From NCBI GenBank assembly GCA_951406725.2, contig OX597814.1, forward strand, positions 171,988,001 through 172,052,000: a DNA stretch of 64,000 nucleotides, written 5' to 3'. The number at the start of each line of letters is the position of its first letter. Position 1 is the stretch's first letter. The position numbers and the translations under genes are program-made. This document shows positions 1 to 13,902 of this stretch, in pieces. Under the pieces are notes generated by a model. It was not told the origin of the DNA and did not search any database. It was given only the letters and a program-made list of their open reading frames with translations. This stretch comes from Octopus vulgaris (lineage: Eukaryota).

Positions 1-560
1 TTGGTGGTGAAGACCTTTCAGGTGTCATTTTCTGCTGTTATTGTTGTTGGTGTTGCTGGAAGCATAAAGCTTTAAGGTAATTAGTGTTTCCACAATTGTA
101 ACATCGAAGCCTTATATCTACCATAAACATAAACAGTCGATGCTCTCCTGAGATCGGGGATTTTGATTGGTGTCTCAAGTTATACATAAATCAAAGTTTT
201 CTGCTCCTTAACGCAATTTTCTTTCCGGCATCATTTTAATTCCAGCAACGTGCAAGGATCTTCGAAAACCAAGCATTTTCTTGCCCTCGCAAGGCACAAT
301 GTTTGATATTATTACTCAAATCACTCTCCGCCCCAGGAAAATCGGTGTTAGTGTGACATCTTCACTTCTGAGTGGAATGGCTGAGGGCTTCGGAACAGAG
401 CTTTCCGAGCGAAAAATAACTCGAACATATCCGAACTTTTTGGCGTGTCCCATAATATTGATATCTTAGTAAATGTTCCTCAAACAGATTTCAGTTTGGC
501 TGGAATATATAGGCTATAATCTGGTTTCTCGTCGATCGGCATCAATACAGAATTGTTTTA
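1..560 (-). mobile_element. Degenerate gag-like ORF1 fragment of a non-LTR retrotransposon
   Basis: Minus strand 62-106 translates RCYNCGNTNYLKALC, a CX2CX4(H>Y)X4C zinc knuckle one substitution from CCHC. The surrounding frame is broken and the extent is approximate. Confidence 0.45.
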
Positions 561-961
561 ATTTCTATTTGGTGTAAAAAAGTATTGTAGTTTATTCAGC
601 GGAACTCTTTTCAATTCTAGTCTCTTGAGATTCTCCGCCTCTTTTAAACGTCCATTATCTAGTGATTTGAGATTTAAAAAATATTTGTGATCTAGTCAAA
701 TATTTTTATTGTGTTTACACTGCTGCTACTGTTGTTGTTGTTAAGCAACAAGACGGGTAAGGGTGATTAGGTGATGGACTAGGGCTTAGGGTCAGGGGAC
801 CCCCAGACCTTCGAAAAAAAACTTTGGTCGTCTTGTTGTAGTCGAGGGCTCTTCGTTGACACCCGACACCACTGGGAGGTGGCCCTCGAAGTCGCTGGAA
901 ATGGAGATCTCCAGCTCCAAATTCTTGGACGGCTGCTGCTAATTTTGCGGTTATTAGTACC

Positions 962-1146
962 TATTTCTTTACTACCCACAAGGGGCTAAACACAGAGGGG
1001 ACAAACAAGAACAGACAAACGGATTCAGTCGATTACATCGACCCCCAGTGCGTAACTGGTACTTAATTTATCGAATCCGAAAGGATGAAAGGCAAAGTCG
1101 ACTTCGGCGGAATTTGAACTCAGAACGTAACGGCAGATGAAATATA
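962..1146 (-). mobile_element. SINE family B, headless monomer with 14-bp target site duplication
   Basis: Matches the body of other family B copies (GAGTTCAAATTCCGCC...GCCTTTCATCCTTTCGG...GTGGGTAGTAAAGAAATAG). Flanked by CGGTTATTAGTACC at 948-961 and 1147-1160. Confidence 0.85.
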
Positions 1147-2147
1147 CGGTTATTAGTACCATCATTATCATTGTCGTTATTGCTTCTTATTGGGGTTTCG
1201 TGGTGGTTGGACTTATACTGTTAGAGTTGGCAATGCCCGATTTGCTGCTACTACCTGTAGGCATTTTGTAAACTTCTTTGATTAGCATGTCATTCTTGTT
1301 GCTGCTGCTGCTAGAACTGAGCTATCCTGGCAGATATAATATCTACCACTACTCACAATTCTTTCTCCAAATGTTAAATTTGTAGATATTTGTAACAAAA
1401 AAATTTGTTTCATGGATGTAGACGGCAGGAGAAAACAGCTGTGACTCTTTCAATTATTTTACCGGATGGATTCTTTTCTAGGATACATGCACTTATTGTG
1501 AGCAAGGAATATTATTAGCACAATGAAGAAAAAGTATGGATTTAAACGTTCTACAATGCTATTTATTGCAAGACTCTTATAAATCCTCTCATATCATATA
1601 CGTGATCAATGCATCGATACTAGAAACGACTATAGACAGATACAATTTGCACCGAACAACAGATGATCATAAAAAATACAAATTCTGGGCCACACGAATA
1701 ATTCCAGTTAAGTTACAAAGAACATTGATGTATTTAGGGGCAGTGTTACAATTTCTTCAGTAATGGTAAAAAACGATGATAGTGATAATAATAATAACAA
1801 CATTAGTGCTAATATACCAATGACCATAACAATAACTATTACCACATATCGAAATACTCTCCACTCTTAGCACACGTGAGAGAGAAATAATTGCGTTGCT
1901 ACTACAAGTCGACTGTTTCTCGTAACGACTAAACAGGAAATTGATGATCTTTTACAATCAGTAGCTTGCAAACCCACAATGAACCCTCCAACATGGCTAT
2001 TATGAATAACATGCAGTCTTTTAGAAAACACTGTCTTAAATACGAATCCACATTAAGGGTCGTTATTAGTAATGAACAAAAAGGAAATATTTCGTTTTGG
2101 GATTTGGTTTGCAAGATTCTTTATATGAGTTCGTGTGTTGAAGTATA

Positions 2148-2408
2148 TTCTGTTGTGTCTGGGGAGAGTCATTTTCTTTTTGTGCCTTATAATGTAACAC
2201 ACTCACCGGTAAAATTGCCACTTATTTCTTATTTTTATTTTCCTAAAGTTTTCGTTGCGTCTCGAAAAGGTTGCAAGACGCAACGAAGAGTCAAGACGCA
2301 ACGAAAATTTTAGGAAAATATAAATAAGAAATAAGTGGAAATTTTACCGGTGAGTGTGTTAAATTATAAGGCACAAAAAGAAAATAGCTCTCCCCAGACA
2401 CAACAGAA
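2148..2408. repeat. Long palindromic (fold-back) element with ~115-bp arms
   Basis: 2148-2262 is the near-perfect reverse complement of 2294-2408 (TTCTGTTGTGTCTGGGGAGAG... / ...CTCTCCCCAGACACAACAGAA). Confidence 0.9.
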
Positions 2409-3342
2409 AATGAAAACGCTTGTATATTCACAAGAGAATAAGCTGATTAAATATATACTGTATCATTACAAGAGACGGAAGCACCAAAATAGCACAGGAA
2501 AGATGAAGGGTTAATTAAAGTATAGATTAATGGTTTCTGTAGCGAAGCAATTAAAAAATAACCCAGGTGATTGTAGATAACCTTTTTTGAGAAAAATAAG
2601 AAAAAATATATGCGATATGTGCCATACATGTCATTCAGCATGAACCAATTAAATACAAAATTAATCTGTTTTACAAACGAAGCTAATTTTAACAAAAATA
2701 ATGTTTGGCTAAAAGAATACGTAGCTACATTAGAAATTCTAAAACCATGTCTGTATGTGCATATTTTTCAGAATGCATGTAGTTTTTATTAGGAATATTT
2801 TGGAAAACTCTTTAGTGTACCGAAAAGTATAATTGCATTAACTGAAACAAGAATAAAAACAATTAATGTCTACAACAAAATTAATTCGTGTATAGTAACG
2901 CCAGTAAATATACAATTATTAATTAGATCAATAAATGAATCTGAAAAGAGAATTCTGCCAGAACGCCTTCAAAAACCTTAATCGCAGTTCGCTCATGGTT
3001 AATTAATTCTCGAATCAGCCCACAAGAGAAACTGGTCGAAACTGGTGGAAATGTTCATTCTAGGCATACTTTTCATATTTACTTTTCATAAAAGTGAGAC
3101 GTGTCATAATTTTTCTCTCCAGCATCACTTTATGCTTTTTTCGAATCTCGGATATTTTCGTTTCTTTATACCCATACAAATTAAACCTGTCTGTCAACTG
3201 CTTTAATAACAATATCGGAATCAAAATATTTGGAAATTGTCCACAACTTTCGACCTTAAATTACGATTAGTACCAAAGAAAAATTCCTTCTTAGTTTTCT
3301 CAAAGAGCCTCCCAAAATCATTGTCAATCATTTCCTACTATA

Positions 3343-3580
3343 GAGCGGCGAGCAGGCTGAACCGTTAGCACGCCGGGCGAAATGCTTAACGGTATTTCGT
3401 CTGTCGTTACGTTCTGAGTTCAAATTCCGCCGAGGTCGACTTTGCCTTTCATCAACTTAATCCGTTTGTCTGTCCTTGTTTGTCCTCTCTCTGGGCAGTA
3501 AAGAAATAGGCATTTCGTCCGTCTTATGCTGCTGAGCTCAACCTTGCCTTACATCCTCTCAGGGTCGATAAAATAAGTAT
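3343..3580 (+). mobile_element. SINE family B (tRNA-type head), deleted and partly dimeric
   Basis: GCGGCGAGC...GTTAGCACGCCGGGCGAAATGC head, B-box-like GAGTTCAAATTCC, family tail, then a second partial unit. Confidence 0.8.
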
Positions 3581-3957
3581 CGACTTGCTCTTATTCCCGA
3601 AACTGCGGTGTGCTTCACGAAATATCATGCATGCTCTCTTTCCAATCTGCCCAAGAATCTCTGCCGCAATCTCATCGCCGTCTGTACTGACAAAAACTGG
3701 CCATACCAGGTTGATCACGAGGCGAATGCTGATAGCAACTGAACTTTTGGAGCAACACTACTTCTTATTAGAAGCTCTGGCTTGGTCATCGTGATCCAGG
3801 GGTATATGCATTAGAGAAGTGATTGTATGCGTTTACCACCTCCATTCCATGTTTGAGTAATTGTTTCCGCTCAGCTCATATGAGGGTACATATTTCCTTG
3901 TCCCCATCGAAAATAAGTATCTGAACATGGAAAATAACAATAAACCAGAACGCTGAG

Positions 3958-4400
<443 letters not shown>

Positions 4401-5575
4401 GAAAAGCGTAGAGAGAGAGCGACAGTGAGAGTGGGTGAGAGAGGGAGAAGGGGAGAGAGAAAGGGGAAGAGAGAAAGGGGAAGAGATAGGAATGAAAGTT
4501 ATTTCGATACTCGGCAAAAACGACTGAACTGTCTGGTATCAAATTTCCCGCTTTTTGGCTGGCCACCACCGAAGTCAAAACGTCAGAGGAGTAAAATGAT
4601 GAATCCGCCATTTTTCATAAGCAGGCTGCTGCTTCATGACGCCCATTTGTCTGGCTGAGTGGTCCCTGGCCGGATATAAAATACAGTGGAACATTGGAGT
4701 TAGAGGCAGAAGCTTTTACACAATACATACACGAAATATCTTGTTTAAAGAAAATGAAAAAGAAAGGGTACATATTAAATAAATGTATGCACAAGTCAGT
4801 GACTAAATTGTTTGTGTATGTTATTTTAGATTCGATTATTTGTTAATCTCTTTATTTATTATATTGTTGTTTTTGTTGTCCTTGTTGTTACTGTTGTTGT
4901 TATTGTTATTATTTGAAGGCATTCTGGGAATAAGGATGTACATTCCATTATCCGTGTTCTAAAGAAACAGATGCTCAAACATACAGAGACACATACATTC
5001 ACACAAGTAAAACTATCCACGCACACATGACACATACACATACACGTAATACAGAAACATACATATACGTACAAACATGTGCTTGTATACATATTTGTGT
5101 ATGTGCATGTATGTATATATTTGTGTTTGCATATGTATGTGCGAGTGTGTAGACGTGCGTATTCATATATATTTTCTGCAGTTGCCACATTTCCTAAAAA
5201 AATATCGCCATTGGTATATTAACATGCTACATCAGTTATCACCTTCTACATCTTAATACATCTTAATACATATAAAAACCTATTCGCCTAAGCACCAGTT
5301 TTCACTTTCCTTGAGAATCTTGCCTCAAAATCAAAAATTATATTTTTCTGAATATAATTTACTGACTGATTTATTTTTCCAAAGTAAATTTCATTACACA
5401 TTTTCCCCCTCGTTCTAAGCTTATCTATCGATATATAGATAACATCGTCAGATAACCGGGACTTTTCCTGCATTAGACTATCTGTAGTTTCACTTTACTG
5501 TTAGCGTCAATAACCTAGACATACAGTTGTCTAATTTTCTAATGTCATTGTTTTTGATATTTACATACCACTTAA

Positions 5576-5920
5576 ATTAGAGAGTCTCTCGAGGTCAAGC
5601 CACCACTTGTCCGCATTTACAGATCACAGCTCCAATACTACGGACATGTGATTATAATGACGCAGAAATGAACCCCAAGACGGGTTTTTCAAGCCGAGCC
5701 AACCGACAGGAGACCAAGTATCAGACCAAGAACAATATGGCTGGATAATATCTATAGTCTCGATTGGTCAGGTTGAGAATGCAGCAGGAAAGCGTAGCAA
5801 TGGTTGCTTCTGATTAGACCCCATGGAAAAGATGCATGAGGACTCTGCCCTCATGACCTTTCCTGGAATAGTGGACGGAGAAAATAGATGGCTGGCTGGC
5901 TAGATGGATGGAAGGATAGA
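5576..5920 (+). mobile_element. 5'-truncated RTE-clade LINE 3' end
   Basis: Translates IRESLEVKPPLVRIYRSQLQYYGHV...PRRVFQAEPTDRRPSIRPRTIWLDNI, matching the RTE C-terminal pattern 'R.QLRW.GHV...GRRP.GRPR..W.D' with one stop. Ends in a degenerate (GATG)n-like tail. Confidence 0.75.
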
Positions 5921-6200
5921 TATTGCTTTTAGTTACAATAGCTATTGTACATGTGTTGCTTTAGAGATTGAAGCCATCTTAAATATGACTTAAATCTTAT
6001 TTTACGCGATTTAAATATGCACATTTGGTTTGATTCTGTTTATAGTACGTTCAAATTATATTTGACTTGCTGACCGTATATTAAGCGGCGTCATTTTTTC
6101 TAATACATCAACAGCCTAGATTGTTTCCTAAATTTTGCAAAGAAGGATCTTCAACAATAATTTGAAGCTTTTTTTTTTTTGGCGTTGGATGGGGTGGGGA

Positions 6201-6573
6201 TCTTTATCTTTTATCTCTTGCCTGTTGCAGTCTTTAGACTGCGGTCATCCTGGGGCACCACCTTGAACTTTTAGCCGAATGAGTCGACCACAGTATTTAT
6301 TTTTTAAGCCTAGTACTTATTCTATCGGTCTCTTTTGCCGAACCGCTAACTCACGAGGATGTAAACACACCAGCACCGGTTGTAAAGTGGTGATGGGGTG
6401 GAGGATAAATGCAGACACACACACGGATAGAAATATATATATATATACGACGGGTTTCTTTCAATTTCCATCTACCTAATCCATTCACAAGGCTTTGATC
6501 GGCCCGAGACGATAGTAGAAGACACTTGCCCAAGGTGCCACATAGTAGACTGAACCTGGAACCATATGGTTGG
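6201..6573 (-). mobile_element. SINE family A copy
   Basis: Reverse complement of the family consensus (..GGTTCAGTC..CCTTGGGCAAGTGTCTTCTACTAT..internal microsatellite..GCGGTTCGGCAAAAGAGACCGATAGAATAAGTACTAGG..). Confidence 0.85.
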
Positions 6574-7149
6574 TTCTTTATAAATTCCAAAATAATTTTA
6601 ATTCATATTAAATTAAAAGTAATTCTATGAATATGTTGCTGAAGTAGTTTCGTTTTAACTTTATAATGCTACTTTTTACTACTTCACTGGCTGTTAATAA
6701 CGAATATCGACTTTTTCAAATTTAAGAACTTCGCATTCATAAGTTCATAAGCTTATGGTCGCTGAGGCATGGCTGTGTAGTTAAGAAGCTTGTTTTGCAC
6801 CCATGTGGTTTGAGATTCGGTCCCATTCCGCATTACCTTCTTCTTCTATGAGTCCAGTCAGACTTACGAGAAAATAGATGGAAACAGTGTGAGTGACAGT
6901 CTAGTATATCAATCTGAATGCATCATTCAAAATGCTGCCTGGATTTACCTGAGATTATACTTAAGGGTTATACCTCCACGGAAGTACAGACTAATCTCCA
7001 CACCTTCCGGAACAAGACGAACTGTGAACTTTATTCTTCTGTCTACTGTTTTATTTTTCTATATTCTGTGCATTCTCTACCTGGAACTTTCCTTTATACA
7101 CACCTTGTCTCTGATTACGGAATATCCAATGTATGGGTATATATATATT

Positions 7150-7345
7150 CGAGCTGGCAGAAATGCTTAGCGATATTTCGTCTGTCGTGAGTTCAAATTC
7201 CACCGAGGTCGACTTTGCTATTCATCCTCTCGGGGTAGATAAATAAAGTACCAGTTTCACACTGGGTCGATGTAATCGACTTAATCCCTTTGTCTGTCCT
7301 TGTTTGTCCCCTCTATCTTTAGCCCCTTGTGGGTAGTAAAGAAAT
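7150..7345 (+). mobile_element. SINE family B copy
   Basis: GAGCTGGCAGAAATGCTTAGCG...GAGTTCAAATTC...GTGGGTAGTAAAGAAATA. Confidence 0.85.
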
Positions 7346-7357
7346 ATATATATATAT

Positions 7358-7494
7358 TCGAACAAATTGAACCCAGGACTTATTCTTTGTAAGCCCAGTA
7401 CTTATTCTGGGGACGTAAACATACCAACATCAGTCGTCAAGCTATGTTGGGGGTACAAAAACAGACACAAACACACACACACATACACACATAC

Positions 7495-7535
<41 letters not shown>

Positions 7536-7692
7536 ACGGGCTTCTTTCAGTTTCCGTCTACCAAATCTACTCAGAAGGGTTTTGTCGGCCCGAGGCTATA
7601 GTAGAAAACACTTGCCCAAGGTGCCACACAGTGGCACTGAACCCGGAACCATGTGGTTGGTAAGCAAGCTACTTGCCATACAGTCACGCCTA
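7358..7692 (-). mobile_element. SINE family A copy
   Basis: Family A head (rc ACCATGTGGTTGGTAAGCAAGCTACTT) and body with internal (CA)n(TA)n. Confidence 0.85.
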
Positions 7693-7859
7693 TATGTATA
7701 AAAGAAGAACACAAATGGGTTTTAAATTCATCAATAAAATGTTGTTTCAGCAGCATTCTGTTAATGAATTCATAGAGTACTTCATGATAAAAACCCGCCC
7801 TCTTCAATGTATTTTAAACAAACAGAGCAGTAAAGTACAAAATTTAAATTGAGCAGTTC

Positions 7860-9160
7860 ACCACGTCACACATGTTTACATTTGACAGATGTTTTAATGG
7901 GAATGTTTCACCAGTATTCCTTGTGTTGATGTTTGCGTATATATTCCTATTTCTTTACTACCCACAAGGGGCTAGACACAGAGGAGGCAAACAAGAACAA
8001 ACAAACGGATTAAGTCGATTATATCGACCCCAGTGCGTAACTGGTACTTAATTTATCGACCCCAAAAGGATGAAAGGCAAAGACGACCTCTGCGGAATTT
8101 GAACTCAGAACGTAACGGCAGACGAAATACCGCTTGGCATTTCGCCCGGCGTGCTAACGTTTCTGCCTGCTCGCCGCCTTGTTTGCGTATATATTCAATA
8201 ACAGGTGGAATCTCTATATTTATTTCAGAGCACTCTTTTTCTCCAAATGGTATAGTAAATTTTTTTGCGACAACGTCGTATCGCATAGGGAGATAGTACT
8301 TTGATGACATTTAGAAGCGGCTGCTGATAACATGTGTGATACCTTCTATAAAACTATGATATAATCTACATTTACGGTTGCATATTAGCGTCACAAGGGC
8401 TTCACTGTCATTTTTATTTATTTGGTATTTCGTAGCAATCTTCTGTTCTTGGATTGCAAATGGCATGTGGTGTTGCGATCACGATCCAAGGCAGGCTGCG
8501 GTTCATGCCAATATTACTGTCTACGTCATGTTTTCGGGAAACAACTGCGCATAGTCTTTTTCGTATATTGAACGCTTCACATCCAGATCTTCTTTTGAGG
8601 TACGTTAGTCCAGCTGTTTTAGGATTGTATCGGGGGTCATCAGGAAGAGAGTGTTTCCTGAGGGCCCGCTGCCGATACTTAGGATATTGTCCTCTTCCCT
8701 TTTCAGTACGAAGTTACTGTATTTATTTTTGCTGTTGTTATTTAGCAAGTGCTGTTTGAAATAGACTATTCGACTTTTGAAGGTTGTTTGCACTGATCAC
8801 AAGCCCCTACCTCCTTGATCCTTTCTTAGGAAAAGTTTGTCGATATCATTATTTCTGGAAGATTTCCATTTGATACCGGTATCTTGAGGGTTTTAACGTA
8901 TACTGAGTGGATGTATGAATGTTTTTCTTTGAGTTTTTATGTTCTTAAGAGAGTTCAAGCCAGCCACTAACAAAGCGACAAGTTATTTGAGTTAAGAGAA
9001 CTCTCGGTCTTTGTAAATGTATTGTTGAGTTAGTGTGTTGGTTGAGCTTTCGATGCTCACACCGAATTTTGGACGGAAAATCTGAGATGGAGAATCTTTG
9101 GAATGTCTTACAAATCTTCACTGTGCTACCAATAGATTGGATTTTATTCGAAAAACCTAA
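7860..9160 (-). mobile_element. Degenerate R4/Dong-type (restriction-like endonuclease) non-LTR retrotransposon fragment, interrupted by a SINE
   Basis: Minus-strand motifs in the expected order: DIDKLFLRKDQGGRGL (~8803-8850), FAIQEQKIATKY (~8425-8460), decayed zinc knuckle KCRL...ITHVISS..MSSKYYLPMRYDVVAK (~8265-8375), EYW*NIPIKT (~7890-7920). Multiple stops and frameshifts. Confidence 0.75.
7947..8179 (-). mobile_element. Full-length SINE family B with 17-bp TSD
   Basis: Complete head to tail, flanked by TGTTTGCGTATATATTC at 7930-7946 and 8180-8196. Confidence 0.9.
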
Positions 9161-10179
9161 TATTTCTATTTGTGTGTGTGTGTAAATTTGTATGTATGTA
9201 TGTATGTATGCATGTACGTATGTATGTATGTATGTATGTATGCATGCATGTATGCATTTATGTAGGTATTTATGTACATTGACCGTGTGTCGGCACTGAT
9301 TCTGAATATCTGAAAGTTGATCGCGGGCTAATATCATCAACAGTGTCTCATTCACCCGCTTGTTTTACAAATACCCAGTCGAGTCAACGAGTGAGGAATT
9401 ATATGAGCGCTGTTGTAGTTAGTCATACCAGCCAAACATCCTTAAATCCCACTCTACAAATTGTGGAAAAGTAGGACACGATGGGCAATATAGCAATGGA
9501 TGCATTAATCCTAAAAGATTAACAAATAGGATAAATCATAAGTGAGATGTATTCAATCACAGATATGCTTGATCAAGACCGACCTGGGGCTACACATCGT
9601 GAGCAGAAGCAACAGCAACAGCAACAACAATAATAACAAAAACAATAAATATTACAACTTATGCACCATTTCAGGTCAAGTTATCGCAGAGCAAGGACGA
9701 GATAAAGCTCAGTAAAGGGCAACAGATATGATCTTCCATCCGCTGGATCATGGACCAAAAGGTCGATACGTTAGACACGCTGCTATTTAATTTAGATTTA
9801 AACATCGTATAAAACCAATCTCAACTACACTTCATATCTCGCTTGCTATCTACAACATGTTATTGAAATGACCACCATAAACAATGTTTATTTAGACATA
9901 ATATATATATATATATATATATATATTTAAACTCGATCTATAACAAGATAACATTAAAGATTAAGCTATACTGTAGAATTGCACGGGACTCTTTCCGAAT
10001 TGGAAATATCGAGGTACGCACACTCACATACGGACACACATCCACAGACACACACATACACACATATACATACGCACGCATATGTCCATACATGTATACT
10101 TGTATATATCTACATATATATGCACGCATATATGAAGCATAAAGTCAGGATTCTCTGAATCCAGCTTTTCTACAACTCT

Positions 10180-10226
<47 letters not shown>

Positions 10227-10804
10227 ATGTGTGTATGTGTGTGTGTGTGTGTGTGTGTAGTAATAGATCTAGATCTAGATATGGATATATATATATACAT
10301 ATGTATATATACATAAATATATATATATATATATATATATACATATGTATATATACATTAATATATATAATATATATTAATGTATATCAAGATTAATATA
10401 TACATATGTATATATTTGTGTATGTGTGTGTGTACGTGTGCTTGTATAGCGTGAGCAAGTGCACATTCGTGCACTCATACCTACACGTATAGAAGGCACA
10501 CTGACAAACACATTCTTATGCATACACAGACACTACAAAATCTCAGAAGCATTTTAATATTTAAGGGTGAATATATATCTTTAAGAGTGTGCCGCACCAC
10601 TGCGTCATTTTGGTGTTCGTTTCTCACTACACAAGGTTCCAGGTTCGATACCACAGCGTCACTGTTTAATCCTTTACTTATCCTGAGTATTAAGCTTGAT
10701 ACACATGATGTTTTCCTCTGGCGTTCTTGCATCGTATATAATGCCCATTACCAATTGTTTTCAACTGCCAGAGTAACTTAGGGCTTGTGAAAAAAATGCT
10801 TTAT

Positions 10805-10932
10805 TGTTATATCGCAATACTATACAGTGGTTGTGTGAGCTGCGAAACCCTCGTCGCCACTGTTATATCGCAATACTATACAGTGGCTGTGTGAGCTACG
10901 AAATCCTCGTAGCCACTGTTATGTTATATCGC
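10805..10932. repeat. 56-bp tandem duplication with internal hairpin
   Basis: TGTTATATCGCAATACTATACAGTGG...GCCAC starts at 10805 and 10861, plus a partial third start. Confidence 0.9.
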
Positions 10933-11710
10933 ACGTTCGGATGACCTCTACTCACCTCCCAACGTCTAGACTTCTCCCTCTACATCTACCTATTGGGCTA
11001 GCCTACTTCATCGTCTGGGAGCGTCCACACAACATTTATATTACCCAGAACATGAAAGAAAGGCTAACTAAAAGCCTGAAAATAAATAAAAACGTTTAGG
11101 ACAAACTTGTGAGAATGACTTGGACAAGCAAAGAGTTAAGCAATTCTTATCTCGGGTATTATCTGGTCGAGCCAAGACTTATCAGTGAAATTCGGTGGAC
11201 GGAAAATGACTGGGAAACCATTCATTTCAACAGCACCTGTAATTCAATTGATAGCTCTTGTCTCAAACTTCTTAGACTAATTCTTCATAGGATTATGTTA
11301 TGGGATGGTTGACTGTGCCCCTAGAATATTCAGTCCTCATTTGAAAAATGTAAAACGGTTTGAACCTGTAGTTTAACGCCAGCTTTGTCATACACACGAG
11401 ATTGTCATGTTGAGTTTGCCTGGTTACGTAAAGGGTGCAAGTATGTGAGGAATACTCAGCCGTTTACATAATAAATTAATGCTGTTTTGTTTGAATGTTA
11501 GGATATGTACTCTACTGCAAAATATATCTATAGATTTTAGCCAATACAATACAATGTTATATAGAATGTAACTATAAGTCTTAGTCAATACTGTACAATG
11601 TTATGGTAGAATATATCTATACATTTTAAACAGAAAAATTTTCAAACGTTCTTAATGAAACTGAACAAAATTCCGAAAGGCATTTTTTTTAGTTCAACGA
11701 ATCGATTTTA

Positions 11711-11860
<150 letters not shown>

Positions 11861-12913
11861 ACCCACACGCACAATCACATACATACACATATATACATAT
11901 GCAAACATGCACACACGAGCACTCGCATATGACAAACTTACATCAACCAAATATGATTCACCAGGCTGTAGTCGAAGATACCTAACTGGTCGCGCTCAGA
12001 ATTCAGGATCAAATGAAGAACATTCTGGTTGCAAAATCAACTTTTAAACATACAATCATGGCCTCTATTATTCTCGGTTGGCTTGTGATGTTTTTGTACT
12101 GAGTGAGCGAAGCTATGAGAAAAAGCTTTCCTGCTGTGAGCACGTTTTGTTTCAATATCCTTTTTATTTTTCATTCTTTTGCTTTCCTAACAATCGTGTA
12201 TTGATAGTTATTTCTAGCAATTTGAGTAATAGCCTACAGGCATGCTCAATGACACACTTTGGTCGGTTGCTGCATCTTCATCGGGTAAATATCCTGGTCA
12301 ATATTAGGAACCCCTACTTCGATAAATAATTGTGATATAACAACTGATATGAACCAAATTCTATGAGCAGAAATCATAATTGCCACAGAAGAAATATTAT
12401 CATCAAATTTTAGAATTTCAGTTCCAACTGTATTCGAGCAATCCTTAATGACGGTTAATATGTTTGCCTTACTTATATGGATTTAAAATGATATAAATAA
12501 ATTGAAATGTTGAAAGCAGCATTTGTTTTTAAATACAGGTAATATACCTTGTAATGAAACATCTTGAGCATAAACACACACACATAAATACTAACCAAGA
12601 GAGATAACTCCAATGAGACTAGAAGCATCTCTCATTGCATGGCAAGGAATATATAGTACGCAACGGAATTTATTATATGCGCGATTTATTTATTGTTTGT
12701 GTGTTACGATAAGCAAACAACGCTGTATAGTGAAACATTTGTTTTAACCGTTTCTTTTAAGTGTCTTAGTATGTATACGTATCTGTGTATGTATCGCGGA
12801 TGTGTTTTTGAGTGGATACAATGATGTATGCATACATGCAACTGTGTGTATGTGTACGTACTTATAAATATATATACGTATGTATGTATGCATATGTGCC
12901 TGAATATACGAAC

Positions 12914-12960
<47 letters not shown>

Positions 12961-13525
12961 TATACATACATACATAAGTACGTACATACATACATACCTA
13001 CATACATACGTACATACATACGAGTATGTGAGGGTGTGTATATGTATGTTTTTGCTTTCATTTAGGTGTAGGTTTGCATAGAATTAGAAAATATTCTCCG
13101 TGGAGAATTGAAAATTTTGTCTGACAATTTACTGTCAAACGGACAGTAGATAAAGAAGACAATATGGCTTACTAACAACTCTGAGCGACCAGCATTAAAA
13201 TGTGTTGCAAGAGATGTTATTAAGCGTTCCGAAGCCGTTAGAAGAGTGTTAATTATACACGCTCGCGAAATTAAATTCCACATAGTATACAAATCTTCAA
13301 TGATTTCGAAGACTTCAAGGCGTCAAACAAATGCCGATTGAGCAAATCAAAACATCTTGATTTATTTCCATCATTACGAATGGGTACACACCAACACGAA
13401 CAAATTCTGCACTAGTGGATGTATATAGTACGTATGAGCGTATTATGTATGAGTATATATACATATATATATACACACACAAACGTACACACATACAAGC
13501 ACACACATACACGTGTATATGTATG

Positions 13526-13561
<36 letters not shown>

Positions 13562-13583
13562 CATATAAATATATATATATATG

Positions 13584-13645
<62 letters not shown>

Positions 13646-13902
13646 GAACTACTACATGCGTATATGTATGTTTGTATTTATATATACACACTCAGTATGT
13701 ACATATACTGTATATGTAACTCTCACTCTCTTCTCTCTCTTTACTCATACACGCGCACGCCCGTGTCCTCACACACACACATACACATACACACAAGACA
13801 TGGCTATCTATATAGGAATACATCCACCTCATCATGTGTGTGTAAATAATATAAATAGTACTTAAAAGTATAAAAATAATATAAATAGTAATTGATATTA
13901 TA

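Noticed and set aside
779-950. GC-richer segment with a 66-aa ORF
   Set aside because: No recognisable motif in any frame, and the ORF start lies in the adjacent SINE. Probably an unidentified repeat fragment.
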